Positions 28,653 through 32,000 of a stretch of 32,000 nt of DNA are shown piece by piece. The stretch covers positions 493,188 to 525,187 of the forward strand of contig NZ_JAUFRY010000002.1 in NCBI RefSeq assembly GCF_030755175.1, read 5' to 3'. Source of the DNA: Mycobacterium sp. TY814. GTDB taxonomy: Bacteria > Actinomycetota > Actinomycetes > Mycobacteriales > Mycobacteriaceae. The position numbers and the translations under genes are program-made. Each line of letters opens with the position of its first letter. Position 1 is the stretch's first letter. The notes beneath the pieces were generated by a model, which was not told the origin of the DNA, searched no databases, and saw nothing but the letters and a program-made list of their open reading frames with translations.

Positions 28653-31652
28653 TCACCCGGCGCGTCCGGACAGCGGCCGCCGCGTGTTCAGCCGCTTACC
28701 CAGTCGTGAAGGCCACCAGCTCGCCCGTCCGATCAGGGTGGCCACGGCCGGCACCGTGATGGTACGGACCAGGAAGGTGTCCAGCAGGATGCCGACACCG
28801 ATCACGAAACCGCCCTGGACCACCGTGCCGATGCTCGAGAACAGCAGACCGCCCACCGAGGCCGCGAAGATCAGGCCGGCCGCGGTGATCACGCCGCCGG
28901 TCGAGCCCAGGGCGCGGATCACGCCGTACCGCACGCTGCCTGGCGACTCGTCGCGCATTCGCGAGATGAAAAGCATGTTGTAGTCGGCGCCCACCGCGAC
29001 CAACACCACGAAAGCCAATGGTGGCACCGACCAGTGCAATTGCTGGCCGAGCAGGAATTGAAAGACCAGGACACCGATCCCCACCGCGGACAAGAACGAA
29101 ACGACTACGGATCCAACCAAATACAGCGGCGCGACAACCGCACGCAGCAGCGCCATCAAGGTCAGCAATACGACGATCAGGGTGACGGCGATGATGAATC
29201 GAATGTCGTGCCGGTAATAGTCGCGGGTGTCGCGCAGCGTGACGGGATATCCCGTCATCGAGATCGAGGCATCCGACAGGGCGGTGTTCGGTTGCGCGCT
29301 GCGCGCCGCGTCAGTGATGGCGTTGACCTGATCCATCGCTTCCGCGCTGAATGGGTTGAGTTTTGTTTGCACCAGGTAGCGCACCGAATGTCCGTCCGGC
29401 GAAATGAAAAGCCGGGCCGCCTTCTTGAACTCGTCCATACGCAGTAGCTGTGCCGGAATGTTGAAACCGGCCATCGACGGTTCTGCGGCTTCGTTTTTCA
29501 AAGTCAGCAGGAATGCCGCCGCCTCACCGAGACCGGCGCCCAGTTCTTTGACCTGGCCGACGAGCTGTTCCACCCCGTCGGCCACTTGCCGGCTTCCGCC
29601 CGCGGCCCGGTCGGCACCGCGCTGGAGATTGTTCAGGCCGGCCTGCAGGCCACCGGGCTGGTCCAGGCCCATGGCATGCACCGCTTTGTTGAAGCTGGTC
29701 AGTGCGTTGCGCAGGCGGTCGACCGTCGCGTTCAGGGTTTGCCGGTCCTGGAAGGTTTCCATCTGGCGCGCCAGATCGTTGATCTGGTCGAGGCTGCCGT
29801 CGTCGCGTGCGGCGACCAGCCGTTCGAATTGCGCACGGGTGGCGCTGCACGAGGTGTTCAGGTCGCAGACCGGGTTGCCCTGCAGCGCCACCAGCACCGG
29901 GGCCACCCAGGCGAACATGTCTCGCACGGCGGTGAAGTTCAGGCCCATGGAGTTGCCGAGCGCATTGATGCTGTTGACCAGCTTGGCGGCGGTGGAGACC
30001 TCCCTGACCAGAGTGTCGCCACCGTACTGGTTCTTCATCGACGAGAACGAGTCGAGCAGTCCCTGCATGCCCGAAACCATCTGGCTGACCTGGCCGCGGA
30101 CGTCGCCGAGGTTGTCAGCCAGGGTGTCGGCGCCTTTGGCCAGCCGGTTCAGGTCATCGTTGCGGTCGCTGATCATCGCCGAGCCCTCGCCCAGCCGCGC
30201 GCCGATGGCGCCCGCCTGATAGGTGGCCCGAAACTCCTCCGGCACCGCTCCGGTGGGCCGGGTGATGCCGCTGACGGCGGCGATGTTTGGCAGCTGGCTG
30301 ACCCGGTCCGCCATCTGCTCCAGGTCGGCCAGCGCCCGCGGGGTGCGCAGGTCGTGCGGGGACTGGACCAGGATGTATTCGGGAATGGTCTGGTTCACCG
30401 AGAAGTGCCGGTCCAGCGCGGCGTAGCCGAGCGAGCTGGGAGCCGACGCCTGCACGGCCTTGCGGTCGTCGTAGTTGTACCGCACCAGGCCCGCGCAGCC
30501 GGCCAGGATGATCAACACCAGCACGCTGGCGACCAGGTGGGTCTTCGGCCGGCGCACGATGCGTATCCCGGAGCGTCGCCAGAACCCCGCGGTCAGCTCG
30601 CGCCTGGGCTTGACCCAGCCGCGTGGTCCCGCCACGACCAGGATCGCCGGCAGCAGCGTGACCGCTGCCAGGAACGCGACGCCGACGCCGATCGCCGAGG
30701 ACACCCCGACCGTGGAGAAGACGCCCATCCGGGCGAAGCTGATGCCCAGGAAGGTGAGCCCCACCGTGGCCGCGGAGGCGGCGATCACCTTTCCGATGGA
30801 AAGCAGCGCCCCCCGCACGGCGTCGTCGAAATCCGCGCCGCGCCGCAGATAGTCGTGATAGCGGCTGATGAGAAACACCGCATAATCGGTTCCCGCCCCG
30901 GCGATCATGGCGCTCAGGAAGACGATCGACTGGTTGGACACCCCCAGCCCGCTCGCCTGCGAGACTCCGCCGACCACGGCCTGAGCGATCACCATCGAGA
31001 TGCCGATGGCAATCAGCGGCAGCAGCATGGTCACCGGGTTTCGGTAGACCAACAGCAACACGACGAGCACCAGAACAGCGATCGCGAGCTCGATCGGCAG
31101 TCGATCCTTCTCACCCGCCACCGTCAGGTCGGCGACCGTGGCGGCCGGACCGGTCAGGTTCGCGGTCAGTGACGTGCCGGCGAGGTTCTGTTTGACCACA
31201 CCGGTGACCTGCGTGAAGGCCGCGTAGGAGCGGGGAGTGCCCAGTTCGCCGGCGAGGCCGACCGGCAGCACCCAGGCCTTGCGGTCCTTGCTGGTCAGCA
31301 CCGAACGCAGCGGGGGCGTACTGACAAAGTCCTGCAACATGACGACGTTGCGGGTGTCCGCCCGCAGCGCGGCCACCAGCTTGCGGTAGGTGACTTCGTC
31401 GGCGGGCCCGAGGCCCTTCTCGTTGGTGAGGACCACCAGCAGCAGGTCCTCGTTGCCCGACTCGTGGAACGCCTCGGTCATCTTCCGTGCGGTGACGGCG
31501 GAGGGCGCATCGCTGGGCAGGATGGCGAGCGGGTGCTTTTCGGCCATGTCGCTCAGCGACGGCAACGTGAGCGGCAGTGCGACCGCCAGCGCCACCCAGA
31601 GCCCGATTACGGCCCAGGGCCAGCGCACCGCAAAATCGGCTAATCGTCGCAA
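28653..31652 (-). CDS. mmpL: MmpL family RND-type lipid transporter (no adjacent mmpS)
   Basis: 999 aa from TTG 31652 (GAGGTGGGG 5 nt upstream). TM Asp-Tyr motifs [14 protein letters not shown] and [14 protein letters not shown]. Long helical insert in the second extracytoplasmic loop. Confidence 0.9.
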   Translation of the reverse strand: MRRLADFAVRWPWAVIGLWVALAVALPLTLPSLSDMAEKHPLAILPSDAPSAVTARKMTEAFHESGNEDLLLVVLTNEKGLGPADEVTYRKLVAALRADTRNVVMLQDFVSTPPLRSVLTSKDRKAWVLPVGLAGELGTPRSYAAFTQVTGVVKQNLAGTSLTANLTGPAATVADLTVAGEKDRLPIELAIAVLVLVVLLLVYRNPVTMLLPLIAIGISMVIAQAVVGGVSQASGLGVSNQSIVFLSAMIAGAGTDYAVFLISRYHDYLRRGADFDDAVRGALLSIGKVIAASAATVGLTFLGISFARMGVFSTVGVSSAIGVGVAFLAAVTLLPAILVVAGPRGWVKPRRELTAGFWRRSGIRIVRRPKTHLVASVLVLIILAGCAGLVRYNYDDRKAVQASAPSSLGYAALDRHFSVNQTIPEYILVQSPHDLRTPRALADLEQMADRVSQLPNIAAVSGITRPTGAVPEEFRATYQAGAIGARLGEGSAMISDRNDDLNRLAKGADTLADNLGDVRGQVSQMVSGMQGLLDSFSSMKNQYGGDTLVREVSTAAKLVNSINALGNSMGLNFTAVRDMFAWVAPVLVALQGNPVCDLNTSCSATRAQFERLVAARDDGSLDQINDLARQMETFQDRQTLNATVDRLRNALTSFNKAVHAMGLDQPGGLQAGLNNLQRGADRAAGGSRQVADGVEQLVGQVKELGAGLGEAAAFLLTLKNEAAEPSMAGFNIPAQLLRMDEFKKAARLFISPDGHSVRYLVQTKLNPFSAEAMDQVNAITDAARSAQPNTALSDASISMTGYPVTLRDTRDYYRHDIRFIIAVTLIVVLLTLMALLRAVVAPLYLVGSVVVSFLSAVGIGVLVFQFLLGQQLHWSVPPLAFVVLVAVGADYNMLFISRMRDESPGSVRYGVIRALGSTGGVITAAGLIFAASVGGLLFSSIGTVVQGGFVIGVGILLDTFLVRTITVPAVATLIGRASWWPSRLGKRLNTRRPLSGRAG

Positions 31653-31814
31653 ATTGTCCCCACCTCAGGTTCTCGCGTTCCGCGCCCGCAGGCTACCGCC
31701 GTTGCCATCCGGCCGTTCATATTGTGTGTCGCCCCCGCCGCGACTTTGGGCATTTTCGCCGAACGGCGACCATAGAAATCCGCAGCCTCCGAAGATCTCC
31801 CAAGTCCTCCCAGA

Positions 31815-32000
31815 CTACGTGACGCGTCCCCAATGCCCGCTATCGGCGACCCGCGTGCAGACGGATTTCATCGCCTCGACATATCGGGCGACTGATTTCT
31901 GCGCGATGGGATTGTCGGGGAACATGACCGCCATGGCGGTGCCCTGCTCATACCGGAATATGTAAATGGTCAATTGATAGGAATATCGCCGGTCCGAATA
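31815..32000 (-). CDS. hypothetical protein, C-terminal 61 codons only (gene continues beyond window)
   Basis: Not in the ORF track. The - strand frame is open from nt 32000 to TAG at 31815-31817 (...TIYIFRYEQGTAMAVMFPDNPIAQKSVARYVEAMKSVCTRVADSGHWGRVT*). No family recognised. Co-directional with the downstream mmpL. Confidence 0.3.
   Translation of the reverse strand, partial: YSDRRYSYQLTIYIFRYEQGTAMAVMFPDNPIAQKSVARYVEAMKSVCTRVADSGHWGRVT

Noticed and set aside
28570-28656. Alternative GTG start at 28656 for the PE-PPE lipoprotein, overlapping the mmpL stop (GTGA).
   Set aside because: It would place 29 Arg/Pro-rich residues in front of a perfect lipoprotein signal peptide. ATG 28569 has a strong AGGAG site, and an 11-bp tandem repeat lies in the putative extension. 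I keep it as a stated uncertainty.
31390-31965. 191-aa + strand ORF spanning the mmpL 5' end and the upstream spacer.
   Set aside because: It is antisense to the well-supported mmpL N-terminus and has a Ser/Arg/Pro-rich translation with no motifs. The - strand partial ORF at 31815-32000 explains the distal part better.

Overview
High-GC DNA that reads as a slow-growing Mycobacterium chromosome. All product calls come from reading translated motifs and remembered M. tuberculosis gene order; no searches were run. nt 1-9309 is a conserved housekeeping block, mostly on the + strand, with many stop/start overlaps. It holds the 3' part of an MscS-type channel with a cNMP-binding-like tail, proA, a MoxR-type AAA+ ATPase with a CoxE-type VWA partner, and an opposite-strand SAM methyltransferase. 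It then continues with nadD-rsfS-gpgP-(octT-like SGNH protein)-degV. This order matches what I recall of Rv2434c/Rv2427c...Rv2417c. From nt 9320 to at least 31652 every gene is on the - strand and encodes envelope or type VII secretion cargo. In order along the - strand (31652 down to 9320) these are an MmpS-less mmpL, a lipobox-bearing PE-PPE-domain (Chp-like) serine hydrolase, a DapB-fold oxidoreductase and an mmpS-mmpL pair. They are followed by a ~1785-aa PPE-MPTR, a 2054-aa PE_PGRS, and a 511-aa PE_PGRS ending in a pepsin-like aspartic protease. I recognised no rRNA, tRNA, CRISPR, transposase or integrase. The best candidates for something undescribed are two. (1) The PPE-MPTR / giant PE_PGRS / PE_PGRS-protease tandem, a possible cargo-plus-processing-protease cassette, with a paired TGTGCACA element upstream. 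(2) The two-MmpL locus carrying a Chp-like lipoprotein and an oxidoreductase but no pks/papA/fadD genes in view. I also report internal super-repeat architectures in the PE_PGRS and PPE genes and several perfect palindromes in intergenic spacers. The many long antisense or alternate-frame ORFs in the track are compositional artefacts.
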